The notes: generated by a model from the letters alone, not told the origin. A stretch of DNA of 64,000 bases from Peptococcaceae bacterium (GCA_003509545.1 DOLC01000002.1:21306-85305), one strand, 5' to 3'. Shown: positions 20,548 to 30,746, counted from the first letter of the stretch. Program-made: numbers and translations.

Positions 20548-20581
20548 GGCGCTTGTATCACCTGCCCTTGGACGAGTTGTT

Positions 20582-20890
20582 TTACCACTTCAACCAATCG
20601 GCTTCTTCAACGTCGGTGGCCAGACGACGCCGATACAGGTTGATGACAATGGCCAGCCCCACGGCCACCTCGGCGGCCGCCACCACAATCACGAAGAGGG
20701 CAAAAACCTGGCCCGTCACCTCACCGGGGTTCATAAACCGGTTGAAGGCCACCAAATTAATGTTCACGGCGTTCAGCATCAGCTCAATACCCATGAGCAC
20801 GGCCACCGCATTTCTTTTGGCCAGGGCGCCGAAAAGTCCCACGACAAACAGAAGGCCAGCCAGGGCCAAATAGTGACTCAGGGTAATCAT
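20582..20890 (-). CDS. nuoK: NADH-quinone oxidoreductase subunit K
   Basis: [19 protein letters not shown]. Confidence 0.95.
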   Translation of the reverse strand: MITLSHYLALAGLLFVVGLFGALAKRNAVAVLMGIELMLNAVNINLVAFNRFMNPGEVTGQVFALFVIVVAAAEVAVGLAIVINLYRRRLATDVEEADWLKW

Positions 20891-21396
20891 TTTTCACCCT
20901 TCTCCTCCCTTGCCAGCAAGATGGCGCCGACTATGCCCACCAGCAGCAGTACTGCCGCTACTTCAAAGGGGAGGACATAGGGCCCCAGAAAGGCCTCGGC
21001 CACGGCTCCCACGGTGTCTTCCGGCCAAGGACCGGGGAACGCATGCCACGGGCTCCGGCCCAGGGCAAGGACCACCAGGATAAACAGGGCCAGGGAAACC
21101 ACACCGGCGGCCACATGATAACTATTGAAGGGGTTGCTCTGGCGGATATGACCCCTCCTGGTGAGCATAACACCAAAAATAAGGAGCACGGCCACCCCAC
21201 CCGCATATATCAGGACCTGGACGGCGGCCAGGAATTCGGCTTCCAGCAGAATATAAATGCCGGCCACGCCTATAAAGGTCAGCACTAAATAAAGGGCGCT
21301 GTGTACAATGTTGGGAAGCATCACCACGGCCACCGCAGCGCCTACTGTCAAGGCCGCCAGGAGCCAGAATATCGCCACGCTTGCTCCACCTTCCAC
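20887..21396 (-). CDS. nuoJ: NADH-quinone oxidoreductase subunit J
   Basis: [14 protein letters not shown]. Confidence 0.94.
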   Translation of the reverse strand: MEGGASVAIFWLLAALTVGAAVAVVMLPNIVHSALYLVLTFIGVAGIYILLEAEFLAAVQVLIYAGGVAVLLIFGVMLTRRGHIRQSNPFNSYHVAAGVVSLALFILVVLALGRSPWHAFPGPWPEDTVGAVAEAFLGPYVLPFEVAAVLLLVGIVGAILLAREEKGEK

Positions 21397-21423
21397 GCTC
21401 CTCCACTCCCTCCTACCGCCTGT

Positions 21424-21837
21424 TTATTCCTCATCCGCTACCTGCTCCGGAGCCCCGGCTTTATCTTCAAACAAAACGTGAATAGTATCCTCGAAGCGGT
21501 AACACGCCAGTTCAAAGTCCGGCTTAAAATGCAGGGCATCGCTGGGGCAGTTTTCTACACAGAGGCCGCAAAAGAGGCACTGACCTAACTTCATAGTAAA
21601 TTTGGCGAGATGGCGTTTCTTGTCTTCACCCCGGCGCGTATCTATGCTGATCACGTGGTTGGGACAGGCATTGGCGCAGACCCCACATCCCCTGCATTTG
21701 TCGCCTTCCAGAACGAAGGAACCGTGAGAGCGCGGGGGCAAACTCGGCCGCCTCTCCGGATACTCCTCCGTGATGGCTTTGCCAAAGGCCAGATGCCAGG
21801 TAATCTGCAAACCCCTCAGGAGACCCTGACCGAACAC
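21424..21837 (-). CDS. nuoI: NADH-quinone oxidoreductase subunit I
   Basis: Two CxxCxxCxxxCP motifs; GTG start after GGAGG. Confidence 0.93.
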   Translation of the reverse strand: MFGQGLLRGLQITWHLAFGKAITEEYPERRPSLPPRSHGSFVLEGDKCRGCGVCANACPNHVISIDTRRGEDKKRHLAKFTMKLGQCLFCGLCVENCPSDALHFKPDFELACYRFEDTIHVLFEDKAGAPEQVADEE

Positions 21838-21838
21838 C

Positions 21839-22873
21839 TTACCACCTCCCCGGAGACAGCCACTGGTAGACTTTAATACCCACACCGGTCACCAGAATGT
21901 TGACCAGGGACAGGGGAAGGAGAAATTTCCAGTTGAGTTTTAACAAGTGATCGATACGTATCCGGGGAAAGGTCCACCGAACCCACATGAAAAGTAAAAT
22001 CATGATATACAACTTAATGATGAACCACAGCCACGAGGGCAGCCAGGGACCCTGCCAACCTCCCAGGAACAGGGTTACGGCCAGGGCCGAAACGCTCACC
22101 AAGTTGGCGTACTCGGACAGGAAGAAGAGGGCATAACGCATGGCCGTATACTCCACATAGGGCCCGGCGATGATTTCCTGCTCCCCTTCTACCAAATCAA
22201 AGGGCCCGCGGTTAACCTCCGCATTGGCCGCAATAAAGAAAATCAAAAAGGCCACCGGCTGCCAAAAGATAAACCATACGTCCTCCTGGGCCGCCACGAT
22301 ATCGGTAGTCTTGAGGGAGCCGACGAGCATCACCACTCCCAGGATGGAAAAGACCAAAGGAATCTCGTAACTCACCATCTGGGCCACCGCCCGCATGGCT
22401 CCCAGAAGGGCATACTTATTGTTGGCCGCCCATCCCCCCATGAGGATGGCAATGGTGGTCGTTGAGGATACGGCCAGGAAATACAACACCCCGATGTTCA
22501 GGTCGGCGGCAATCAGGCCCCGGCCGAAGGGTATCACCGCATACAGCAGAACGGCAGGGATGAAGATGGCTATGGGGGCCACCAGGAATACCCACTTGTC
22601 CACATGGCGGGGAACGATGTCTTCTTTCCCCAAGAGCTTCAGGGCATCGGCCACCGACTGCAGCAACCCCCGGGGCCCTACCCGGTTGGGACCGAGGCGC
22701 TGCTGCATATAGGCGCTGACCTTGCGCTCAAGGTAAATTAGGTAAATCACGTTTAGAAAGATGAAGGCAAGAACGCCGACAAGGTAAATAATCCCGGTCA
22801 GCAGGCTGTTCAACCAGGGCGGGAAGCCCCAGGTATTCAACCACGTTGCTACTACATTTCCTCCTCCAGCCAT
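21839..22873 (-). CDS. nuoH: NADH-quinone oxidoreductase subunit H
   Basis: [23 protein letters not shown]. Confidence 0.95.
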   Translation of the reverse strand: MAGGGNVVATWLNTWGFPPWLNSLLTGIIYLVGVLAFIFLNVIYLIYLERKVSAYMQQRLGPNRVGPRGLLQSVADALKLLGKEDIVPRHVDKWVFLVAPIAIFIPAVLLYAVIPFGRGLIAADLNIGVLYFLAVSSTTTIAILMGGWAANNKYALLGAMRAVAQMVSYEIPLVFSILGVVMLVGSLKTTDIVAAQEDVWFIFWQPVAFLIFFIAANAEVNRGPFDLVEGEQEIIAGPYVEYTAMRYALFFLSEYANLVSVSALAVTLFLGGWQGPWLPSWLWFIIKLYIMILLFMWVRWTFPRIRIDHLLKLNWKFLLPLSLVNILVTGVGIKVYQWLSPGRW

Positions 22874-22909
22874 ACCTCCACTCCCCTATAGGATAAGGCT
22901 CATTTTCAC

Positions 22910-24022
22910 TTAGCGGTCGACTTCGCCCAACACGATATCGATAGAAGCCAAGGTAGCCACCGCATCCTGGACGGTGCCCCCGGCGGCCATGACGGGAAAG
23001 GCCCCCAGGTTTACGAAGGACGGGCTGTGGATGTGAAGCCGGTAGGGCTTGGGCGACCCGTCGCTCACCACATAGAAGCCCAAAATACCCTTAGCCCCCT
23101 CAATCTGGTGGTAGACTTCACCCTCCGGCGGCTTGATTACCCTCGGGACTTTGGCCAAAACAGGCCCCTCCGGCAAGTCCCGTAAAGCCTGGGCAATGAT
23201 CTTGGCACTCTGTTCTATCTCTAACAGGCGGATCACAAAACGATCGTAGGCATCGCCGTTGTCTAAGGTAGGAACCTCGAATTCAAAACGGTCATAAATC
23301 CCGTAGGGCCGAACCTTCCGCAGGTCGAAAGGCAAACCGCAGGCCCTCAGATTGGGACCCGTAAGGCCGTACGCCAGGGCCGTTTCCAGATCGATCTTGC
23401 CCACTCCCCGGCAGCGGGCCTGAAAAATCTCATTGCCCGTGGCCAGCCCGTTAATTTCCTCCAGGCCACGGGGAAGCTCCTGCAAAAACCTCTGTAAGGC
23501 CGGGACAAATTCCGGCGGGATGTCCGCGGCCACACCGCCGATGCGCATATAACTTAAAGTCAGGCGTGAGCCGCAGGCCATTTCGAAAAGGTCGAGGATC
23601 TTCTCCCGGTCGCGAAAGGGCGGAAACCACGCTGTCCACCCGCTCAAGTCCAAGGCCATAGACGCCACCATAACATAGTGGCTCGCTATCCGGGAAAGCT
23701 CCGCCATGATGACCCGCAGGTACTCGGCCCTCTCCGGCACCTGGATGTCCATGAGCTTTTCCACGGCCTGCACATACCCCAGGTTATTGAGCATAGCGGC
23801 CAGATAATCCAGGCGGTCCGTATAGGGGATGAACTGGGTGTAAGTGCGGTCTTCGGCGAGCTTTTCCAGACCGCGATGGAGATAACCCAGCACGTTTTGG
23901 ACCCCCACCACGGTCTCCCCGTCCAGGGTGAGCACCGCCCGGTAAACCCCATGGGTACTGGGGTGCTGCGGACCCATGTTTAGGATTATCTCTTCCGTGG
24001 CAAGCTGAGCCGAAGCCTTCAC
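22910..24022 (-). CDS. nuoD: NADH-quinone oxidoreductase subunit D
   Basis: [30 protein letters not shown]. Confidence 0.95.
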   Translation of the reverse strand: MKASAQLATEEIILNMGPQHPSTHGVYRAVLTLDGETVVGVQNVLGYLHRGLEKLAEDRTYTQFIPYTDRLDYLAAMLNNLGYVQAVEKLMDIQVPERAEYLRVIMAELSRIASHYVMVASMALDLSGWTAWFPPFRDREKILDLFEMACGSRLTLSYMRIGGVAADIPPEFVPALQRFLQELPRGLEEINGLATGNEIFQARCRGVGKIDLETALAYGLTGPNLRACGLPFDLRKVRPYGIYDRFEFEVPTLDNGDAYDRFVIRLLEIEQSAKIIAQALRDLPEGPVLAKVPRVIKPPEGEVYHQIEGAKGILGFYVVSDGSPKPYRLHIHSPSFVNLGAFPVMAAGGTVQDAVATLASIDIVLGEVDR

Positions 24023-24468
24023 GGAGCGCTCCCCTCCTCTCCGGTCAGCCGGAAATCCTTGCGCAGGGGATGTCCCTCAAAGTCGTCCGGACACAAAATG
24101 CGCCGCAAATCCGGATGCCCCTCAAAGGTAATCCCCAGCAGGTCGTAGGCCTCCCGCTCCTGTACTTCTGCCGCCGGCCAGATCCCCACCAAGGACGGGG
24201 CGCAGGGGTTGGCCCGCTGCAGTTCCACCTTTACCCGCACCATCTCTCCTTGGGGCACGGCCATCAAATGGTATACCAAAACCAGCCGCTCTTTGCCTGG
24301 CTCATCGACCCCTGTAAGGTCGGCCAGGAAGTTGAAGCCGTATTCCTTTTGCAGGTACATCATCACTTCTGTCAGCCGTTCCGCCGGCACCTTTAACACC
24401 GGTATGTCGCGCCCCTGTTCTGCCTCCACGCCCGGAAAACGCCCCTTAAGTTCCGTCAAGTCCCTCAT
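24019..24468 (-). CDS. nuoC: NADH-quinone oxidoreductase subunit C
   Basis: [28 protein letters not shown]. Confidence 0.94.
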   Translation of the reverse strand: MRDLTELKGRFPGVEAEQGRDIPVLKVPAERLTEVMMYLQKEYGFNFLADLTGVDEPGKERLVLVYHLMAVPQGEMVRVKVELQRANPCAPSLVGIWPAAEVQEREAYDLLGITFEGHPDLRRILCPDDFEGHPLRKDFRLTGEEGSAP

Positions 24469-24971
24469 TTTTTCCCCACCAGCGCTACCCTGGGATTTAT
24501 TACCTTATCCCTCAGTTTGAGCAGGCCGTTGATCAGGGCTTCCGGACGGGGAGGACAACCGGGAATGTATACGTCTACCGGCACTAAGGTATCGACTCCC
24601 GGAACGACATTATAAGAGTCTACAAAGGGACCCCCGCTGATGGAGCAGCTCCCCATGGCCACCACCCACTTGGGAGCCGGCATTTGATCGTAAAGGCGCC
24701 GCACCAAAGGCGCCATTTTCTTGGTCACCGTGCCGGCCACGATCATTAAATCCGCCTGCCGGGGAGAGGGACGAAACACCTCGTACCCGAAGCGGGCGAT
24801 ATCATACCGCGCACCGCCGGCGGCCATCATCTCGATGGCGCAACAGGCCAGCCCAAAGGTTAGCGGCCAAAAGGAGTGGGCCCGGCAGTAGTTCAGGAGC
24901 TTTTCCACCGAGGCCAGCAGCACGTTCGGCGGCAACTCCACCTCAGGGGGCTTCAGCCTTACTACTTCCAC
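24465..24971 (-). CDS. nuoB: NADH-quinone oxidoreductase subunit B
   Basis: [29 protein letters not shown] start overlaps nuoA end. Confidence 0.95.
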   Translation of the reverse strand: MEVVRLKPPEVELPPNVLLASVEKLLNYCRAHSFWPLTFGLACCAIEMMAAGGARYDIARFGYEVFRPSPRQADLMIVAGTVTKKMAPLVRRLYDQMPAPKWVVAMGSCSISGGPFVDSYNVVPGVDTLVPVDVYIPGCPPRPEALINGLLKLRDKVINPRVALVGKK

Positions 24972-25321
24972 TCCAGGGCTCCCTCCTTCCAGGCATACCA
25001 CAGACCCAGGACCAGGATGCCGATAAAGACGATCATCTCGGCGAAGGCAAACCAACCCATTACTTGAAATTTAACAGCCCAGGGATACAGGAATACCGTC
25101 TCCACATCAAACAGAAGGAAAATGAGGGCATACAAAAAGTAGCTGACTTTGAACCTAACCCATGTGGGCCCCTGGGTTTCCAGGCCGCATTCGTAGGTTT
25201 CTCCTTTAGCACCGGCGACCGGCCTTTTGGGCCTAACCAGCCAGTTAGCCGCAAGGGCCGCCACGGCCACTCCTATGGCTCCCAACAAAAATACAGCCAC
25301 AACGACATATTGATATAGTAT
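24962..25321 (-). CDS. nuoA: NADH-quinone oxidoreductase subunit A (start probably ATA)
   Basis: [25 protein letters not shown] 7 nt before ATA. Confidence 0.92.
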   Translation of the reverse strand: MLYQYVVVAVFLLGAIGVAVAALAANWLVRPKRPVAGAKGETYECGLETQGPTWVRFKVSYFLYALIFLLFDVETVFLYPWAVKFQVMGWFAFAEMIVFIGILVLGLWYAWKEGALEWK

Positions 25322-25384
25322 TTTTGAACACCTCCCCCAAAAAATCAGTAGGTCTTCACCCAGCCTGCTTTTCCGTTCGATTCT

Positions 25385-25411
25385 ATTCGCCAAGGGTTAG
25401 GCGATTCCTGC
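25385..25411 (-). promoter_or_regulatory. Putative sigma-H promoter of the nuo operon
   Basis: GCAGGAATC-N12-GCGAAT. Confidence 0.55.
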
Positions 25412-25421
25412 CTCTTCTGCT

Positions 25422-25510
25422 CCGAAAATAGCTTCTCACCAGGCCGGCATTGTTCTTGTTTGCATGCCGGCGCGTTGTTTTCCTTCTTCTGCCGGTGCCG
25501 CACCGGCGGC
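25422..25510. repeat. 89-bp dispersed palindromic repeat, copy 1
   Basis: 73/89 ungapped identity (hand count) to 34169-34257; GCCGGCAT..ATGCCGGC hairpin. Confidence 0.85.
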
Positions 25511-25518
25511 ATGAACGT

Positions 25519-26118
25519 CTACTCCTTTAGCCTGAAGCTTCGGCGATGAAGGGGAGTCGGCCCGAGAATCGCCAGGGCCGACCGGTGGTCGCGAGTGGGG
25601 TAGCCCTTATGGCGGGCAAAACCGTAGCCGGGAAAGACTCTGTCGTAATCTTCCATAAGTTCATCCCTGGCCACCTTGGCCAAGACGGCCGCCGCGGCTA
25701 TGGAGGCACTCCTGTTGTCCCCGCCGATAATAGGGGTCTGCGGAATCTTAATGCCCGGGAGATAGAAAGCGTCCACCAAGATATGCTCCGGTGCTATAGC
25801 CAGCCCGACCACCGCCCGCTGCATGGCCAGGCGCGATGCCACGGCGATGTTCAGGCAGTCGATTTCCGCCACCGAAGCCCACCCAACGGCCCAAGCCAAG
25901 CTCTTCTCCATTATTTGCACCGCCAGCCTCTTGCGCCGGACGGGAGAGAGCTTCTTGGAATCGGCCAGCTCGGGCAAATAAAAACCGGTAGGTAAAATCA
26001 CCGCGCCCGCCGCCACGGGTCCGGCCAGAGGTCCCCTTCCCACCTCGTCCACCCCGGCTATATAGCGGATCCCCCGTGCGGCCAACTCCTCCTCGAGGCG
26101 GTAAAGCTCCCGACCCAT
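25519..26118 (-). CDS. rnhB: Ribonuclease HII
   Basis: GVDEVGRGPLAGPV, DSKKL, HKGYPT, HRRSF. Confidence 0.96.
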   Translation of the reverse strand: MGRELYRLEEELAARGIRYIAGVDEVGRGPLAGPVAAGAVILPTGFYLPELADSKKLSPVRRKRLAVQIMEKSLAWAVGWASVAEIDCLNIAVASRLAMQRAVVGLAIAPEHILVDAFYLPGIKIPQTPIIGGDNRSASIAAAAVLAKVARDELMEDYDRVFPGYGFARHKGYPTRDHRSALAILGPTPLHRRSFRLKE

Positions 26119-26132
26119 ACCCCCGCCACCTA

Positions 26133-26798
26133 TTATAGATTAGCATCTGTTAAGCCGTGTTTCAAGGCGTAAACCGCCGCCTGTGTGCGATCTTGTACGC
26201 CTATCTTGCGAAAAATCCGCGTTAAATGGTTTTTTACGGTTTTTTCACTGATGAAGAGACGGTTGGCGATCTGCCGGTTGGAAGCCCCACGGCCTACGTA
26301 AGCCAGGATTTCCCTTTCCCGGGGCGTAAGAGGTACCTTCCCCTCACCTTGCCCCGGGCCGCCGGCCTGGGACAAGAAACGCAGCACTTTTTGGGTAACA
26401 CCCGGGTGAATTACCTGGATGCCCTCCGCCACCTGCAGCACAGCATTTAAAAGGCCTTCGGTGCTTACGTCCTTGAGGATATACCCGGACACACCCGCCT
26501 TCAGCAATTCCACAATGTATTCTTCGGGGTCGTGGATGGTGAGGGCTATCACATGGGTCTGCGGAACTTCGCGGCGGATTATTTTGGTAGCCTCGATGCC
26601 GTTTAAAACAGGTAAGTTGATGTCCATCAGAACTACCCGGGGCCGTAAAACCCGGGCCAGCTCTACAGCCTTCCGGCCGTCCTCCGCCTCGCCCACCACC
26701 TCCAGGCGCGGGTCCAGGGATAGAATTTTACGTATGCCCTCCCGCACCAGGGCATGATCGTCGGCAATGATTACCGTGATCCTTTGCTCCTGGTTCAG
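26133..26798 (-). CDS. NarL/LuxR-family response regulator (orphan)
   Basis: ADDH, MDINLP receiver; LTPRERE..ISEKTVKNH HTH; start uncertain (CTG after strong RBS). Confidence 0.9.
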   Translation of the reverse strand: MNQEQRITVIIADDHALVREGIRKILSLDPRLEVVGEAEDGRKAVELARVLRPRVVLMDINLPVLNGIEATKIIRREVPQTHVIALTIHDPEEYIVELLKAGVSGYILKDVSTEGLLNAVLQVAEGIQVIHPGVTQKVLRFLSQAGGPGQGEGKVPLTPREREILAYVGRGASNRQIANRLFISEKTVKNHLTRIFRKIGVQDRTQAAVYALKHGLTDANL

Positions 26799-26824
26799 AG
26801 CCCATCCCCTCCTCCTAGCAAACC

Positions 26825-27395
26825 CCTCGACGGCTTGAGCTATCTCCACCTTTGGTAGGGGAGGCCCACTTGGACTTGAAAGCAAGCGAACAACCCTTCG
26901 CGGCCGGCCCAGGCTTTAGTCTTCGGCCAAAAGGGCAAGCCGCCCGAGGCCTGAGTTATCCCCACTTTTTGCACGGCAGGCCTGCTTGGGCTTGAAAGCG
27001 AGCGAACAAGCTTTCGCGGCTACCCAAACTTAGGCTTGGCGAAAGGCTTGAAGCTTGGCCCGAGGCCATGAGAAACCTGCGGCCGGCAACTGAGGCAGGA
27101 TGCTTAAATTCTGCCGGGAAGCCTGCCTTAAGCCTTTAAGCCAAGCAAAAGTCCTGTCCGCGAGGGAGGCCTTTGCGAGCGAAAGCCAAGCAGGCCGGGA
27201 TCAAAATTGGGGATGCGTCAGGTCCGAAGCCACGAGACCTTTAGCCGGCAATTGAGCCGTGTGTCGAATTTGCCGGAAAGTCCGCGCTTTCCGCTCTTAG
27301 GCCGAAGGCTAGTTTGGCCCGCGAGGGAAACCATACGCGAGTGAAAGCCAAGCAGACCTACAAGCAAAACCGGGGATACACCAGCCTCGACAGCT
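26825..27395 (+). mobile_element. Nested pair of ~280-nt structured non-coding elements (MITE/REPIN-like or ncRNA)
   Basis: R-R-S-S arrangement (116+116+164+164 nt); R1:S2 and R2:S1 complementarity; CCTCGACRGCT flanks. Confidence 0.6.
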
Positions 27396-28227
27396 AACCC
27401 GTCTCCGGACTGCCTCCCTCGCCGGGCCGCTCCAAAGTGGCCTTACCCAGGGCGCCCCGCCGGAACTCCCGGAGGAGGAAGGAGGCCGCCCTTTCCACGT
27501 CCACCCCTCCCCCGGGCAGGATAAGCCCCCGCCTGCGCCCAACCGCCTCCAGGACCACCTCCGGGGGCTCATTCCCCTTGAGGCCGTAAGCTTTATCCAC
27601 CACGAAGAGATTATGTTCGCGTAACGCCCCGAGCAACTCCTCCACCGCCTCTTCCGGACGCATCGTCTCCTCCGGAAGGCAACCCAGGGCCGTCAAAAGG
27701 GCGCCGGTCCGGCCCTTCCGGTGGGCCGGGGCGAAAACCCCGGGGGTATCCAGCAATTCCCATCCGTCTCCCGGGCGCACCCATTGGGGGCCCCGGGTTA
27801 TACCGGGACGGTCACCGGTGCGGGTTGCCGCCCGCCCGACCAGGCGGTTGATGAGAGAGGATTTGCCCACGTTGGGTATTCCCACTACCACCGCCCTCAG
27901 AGGTCCCTGCCTACCCTGTCGCCGCAGCCTTTCCCTTTTCCGGGCGCTCATCTGATCCAACACGGCTCGCAATCCCCCTAAGCCCCGGCCTTGCCGGGCA
28001 TCGACGGCTACGGCCGTAATTCCCAGCTCTTTATAGTACTCCAGCCATTCCCGGGTCGCCGGGGGTAAGGCCAGATCCGCCTTGTTCAATACCCGGACAA
28101 GGCCCTTACCGCCCGAAAACTCCTCGATGCCCGGACATCTGCTGGAGGCGGGGAGCCGAGCTTCGACCACTTCCACCACCACATCAACCAACTTTAAATA
28201 GGGCCGGATGTTCAGGAGGGGGTTCAC
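27394..28227 (-). CDS. rbgA: Ribosome biogenesis GTPase RbgA/YlqF
   Basis: NKAD, GIPNVGKSSLIN, PGITRG, LLDTPG (circularly permuted GTPase); between lepB and rnhB. Confidence 0.92.
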   Translation of the reverse strand: MNPLLNIRPYLKLVDVVVEVVEARLPASSRCPGIEEFSGGKGLVRVLNKADLALPPATREWLEYYKELGITAVAVDARQGRGLGGLRAVLDQMSARKRERLRRQGRQGPLRAVVVGIPNVGKSSLINRLVGRAATRTGDRPGITRGPQWVRPGDGWELLDTPGVFAPAHRKGRTGALLTALGCLPEETMRPEEAVEELLGALREHNLFVVDKAYGLKGNEPPEVVLEAVGRRRGLILPGGGVDVERAASFLLREFRRGALGKATLERPGEGGSPETG

Positions 28228-28239
28228 GGCCTCACCCGC

Positions 28240-28776
28240 TCACCTGATCAGCCCCAGCCGGTGCAAGGGCCAATAAATAAAGGCGGCTTTACCTATTACA
28301 AACCTGCGCTCCAGCGGTCCCCAGACCCGGCTGTCGGAGCTGATATTCCGATTATCACCCATGACGAAGTAACTGCCGGGCGGCACTTTAATGGGCCCGA
28401 AATCGCTGTGGACCACCCCGGGAGGTAGATAGCTTTCGTCCAGGGGCTGGCCGTTGACGTAAATTCTGTTGTCGTGGGCCTCTATCGTATCACCGCCTAC
28501 GGCGACGACCCGCTTGACATAGTCGCGGTCGGGTTCTAAGGGGTAACGAAAAACCACCACGTCTCCCCGTTGGGGTTCGCTAAAACGGTATACGAGGCGG
28601 TTGACCAGTATCCGGTCCCCGGGGTAAAGGGTAGGCTCCATGGAGCCGGAAGGAATCCAGAAGGGAGTAATCAAAAAGACCCTGATGATCATAGCCAGAA
28701 CCGCCGCTATTACCAGCGCCTGCAACAGCTCGCCGAAAAAGGTCCCCTTCTTTTCTTCTTTTTCGATAACATCCAT
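28240..28776 (-). CDS. lepB: Signal peptidase I
   Basis: SGSMEPTL, YVKRV, GDNRNISSDSR. Confidence 0.95.
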   Translation of the reverse strand: MDVIEKEEKKGTFFGELLQALVIAAVLAMIIRVFLITPFWIPSGSMEPTLYPGDRILVNRLVYRFSEPQRGDVVVFRYPLEPDRDYVKRVVAVGGDTIEAHDNRIYVNGQPLDESYLPPGVVHSDFGPIKVPPGSYFVMGDNRNISSDSRVWGPLERRFVIGKAAFIYWPLHRLGLIR

Positions 28777-28843
28777 AGACCGGTTTAGCCTCCCTAAAGC
28801 CAAACAAGGGGCTGTTTTCCGCCAACCCCTTGTTCTTTCAGCT

Positions 28844-29188
28844 CTACTGCCTTTCACCCCGGATACGGGCCGCCTTACCTACGCGCTCCCGCAGGTAGTA
28901 CAGCTTGGCACGCCTGACATCGCCCCTGCGTATCACCTCGATGCGCTCGATGCGGGGAGAGTGTAAAAGGAAAATCCTTTCCACGGCCACGCCGTAGGAA
29001 ACGCGCCGGACGGTAAAGGTTTCCTGGGAACCCTTGCCCCTCCGGCTGATAACCACCCCTTCAAAGACCTGGATCCGTTCGCGGTTGCCCTCAATAACCT
29101 TGAGGTGGACCCGGACGGTATCTCCAGGTTTAAAGGAGGGGAGGTCCTGCCGCATCTGCTCCTTTTCCAGGGTCTCTATTATGTTCAC
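28844..29188 (-). CDS. rplS: 50S ribosomal protein L19
   Basis: [24 protein letters not shown]. Confidence 0.97.
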   Translation of the reverse strand: MNIIETLEKEQMRQDLPSFKPGDTVRVHLKVIEGNRERIQVFEGVVISRRGKGSQETFTVRRVSYGVAVERIFLLHSPRIERIEVIRRGDVRRAKLYYLRERVGKAARIRGERQ

Positions 29189-29225
29189 GGGTTTACCCCC
29201 CTTTCCTGCTGCCAACCGAGTCGTA

Positions 29226-29972
29226 TTATAACATTTTCCCCTTTTCCTTCACACATTCGTCCAGTAGGCGCCGGTCTTCTTCGGTTAGGGGGGCCTTTTC
29301 CAATAGGTCAGGCCTTTTAAGCAGGGTACGCTCAAGGGCCTTCTTCCGGCGCCAGATCCTTATCCTCTCATGGTCCCCCGATAAGAGGACCTCCGGTACC
29401 TCTAGACCGCGAAAAGAGCGGGGCCTGGTATACTGGGGGTATTCCAAAATGCCCCATGTGAAGGAGTCTTCCCAAGGGCCTTCCTCGGCACCCACCGCCC
29501 CGGGCAATAGCCTGGTCACGGCATCGATTATCACCATGGCCGGGAGCTCTCCTCCCGTCAGAATATAGTCGCCGATGGAAATCTCCCGGGTAGCCAGATG
29601 GGTGCGTATCCTCTCGTCCATACCTTCGTAATGACCGCAGAGGAGAATCAGCCAGTCTTCCCGCGACAGCTCCACTGCCAAGGCTTGGTCGAACACCTCA
29701 CCCTGGGGGGAAAGGAGGATAACGGGAGGACGCCGGGCGGCCCCTTCCAACAGGGATTCTACGGCCCGGAAAACCGGCTCGGGCTTTAAGATCATACCCG
29801 GTCCGCCGCCATAGGGATAATCATCCACCCGGCGGTGTTTATCCTGAGAGAAATCCCGGATATCCACCAGATTCACCGTGAGCAGGCCCTTTTCCCGGGC
29901 CCTCTTTATAATGCTCGCATCCAAGGGTCCCCGGAACATTTCGGGAAAAAGGGTCAAAACATCTATGCGCAC
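29226..29972 (-). CDS. trmD: tRNA (guanine37-N1)-methyltransferase
   Basis: [27 protein letters not shown]. Confidence 0.97.
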   Translation of the reverse strand: MRIDVLTLFPEMFRGPLDASIIKRAREKGLLTVNLVDIRDFSQDKHRRVDDYPYGGGPGMILKPEPVFRAVESLLEGAARRPPVILLSPQGEVFDQALAVELSREDWLILLCGHYEGMDERIRTHLATREISIGDYILTGGELPAMVIIDAVTRLLPGAVGAEEGPWEDSFTWGILEYPQYTRPRSFRGLEVPEVLLSGDHERIRIWRRKKALERTLLKRPDLLEKAPLTEEDRRLLDECVKEKGKML

Positions 29973-29985
29973 CCCTGCAGCCCCC

Positions 29986-30492
29986 CTAGTCCAACAGTCC
30001 GGGGAGGGGCTTCACCTTTATTATCCCCTGCTCTAGGTCTATCTCTCGTACTATCTCCCTGACCGCCGGGATAAGAACTTCCTTGGCCCGGGGGGTGACT
30101 ATGATAAACACATCATTGGCCCCCGTCTGCTGCACATCCCGCAGTTCTCCCAGAAATTCGCCATCCTCTGTATATACCCGGCACCCTACCAGCTGGAAGA
30201 TGTAGTACCGCCCCGGTGGTAAGGGCTCCACTTCCCATGGTTCCACTTCCAGGATGGTCCCCCGCAGTTTTTCGGCCGAAGTGAGATCCGGGATTTCGTT
30301 AAACCGGATGATTACGCTCTTCCCGTGCTGCCTGGAACGGGCCACGGTCAGACTACCACCGCCCCCGGCCAGGAAGAGCCTGGTTCCCGGCCGAAACCGC
30401 TCCGGAAAATCCGTCCAGGGCCAGACCTTCACTTCCCCCCGGTAACCATGGGTGGACACCACTTTGCCCACCGCTACGCGTTTTCTCTCCAT
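29986..30492 (-). CDS. rimM: Ribosome maturation factor RimM
   Basis: [19 protein letters not shown]. Confidence 0.95.
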   Translation of the reverse strand: MERKRVAVGKVVSTHGYRGEVKVWPWTDFPERFRPGTRLFLAGGGGSLTVARSRQHGKSVIIRFNEIPDLTSAEKLRGTILEVEPWEVEPLPPGRYYIFQLVGCRVYTEDGEFLGELRDVQQTGANDVFIIVTPRAKEVLIPAVREIVREIDLEQGIIKVKPLPGLLD

Positions 30493-30496
30493 GGGC

Positions 30497-30724
30497 CTAT
30501 ATGATCTCAACCACCACCCGCTTGCCCTCCCGGGCGGCCGCCGCCTTCACTACGGTGCGAATGGCCCGGGCGATACGGCCCTGCTTGCCGATCACCTTAC
30601 CCATATCGGCCGGCGCTACCCTCAGCTCCAGGATGACGGACTTCTCGCCCTCGATCTGGGTGACTCTCACTTCGTCGGGGTGATCCACTAAAGCCCTCGC
30701 CAGGGTTTCTACCAGCTCCTTCAC
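30497..30724 (-). CDS. khpA: KH-domain RNA-binding protein KhpA (YlqC)
   Basis: [11 protein letters not shown]. Confidence 0.95.
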   Translation of the reverse strand: MKELVETLARALVDHPDEVRVTQIEGEKSVILELRVAPADMGKVIGKQGRIARAIRTVVKAAAAREGKRVVVEII

Positions 30725-30746
30725 CGCTGTCCTACCCCCTTACCTC

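Noticed and set aside
22910..24971. Membrane [NiFe]-hydrogenase (Ech) interpretation
   Set aside because: The large subunit has DRLDY and GEVDR instead of the two CxxC Ni ligand motifs, so it is NuoD.
27275..27283. GGAAAGUCC resembling the RNase P RNA conserved region I
   Set aside because: It lies late in the element, the other RNase P conserved regions are not evident, and the duplicate copy reads GGGAAGCCU.
26835..27394. CRISPR array
   Set aside because: Repeats are long (116/164 nt), degenerate and adjacent, with no unique spacers and no cas genes in the window.
27309..27572. 87-aa ORF, and the 29-aa N-terminal extension of ORF 26133..26885
   Set aside because: They overlap rbgA or the structured repeat, have no RBS and show no recognisable motif.
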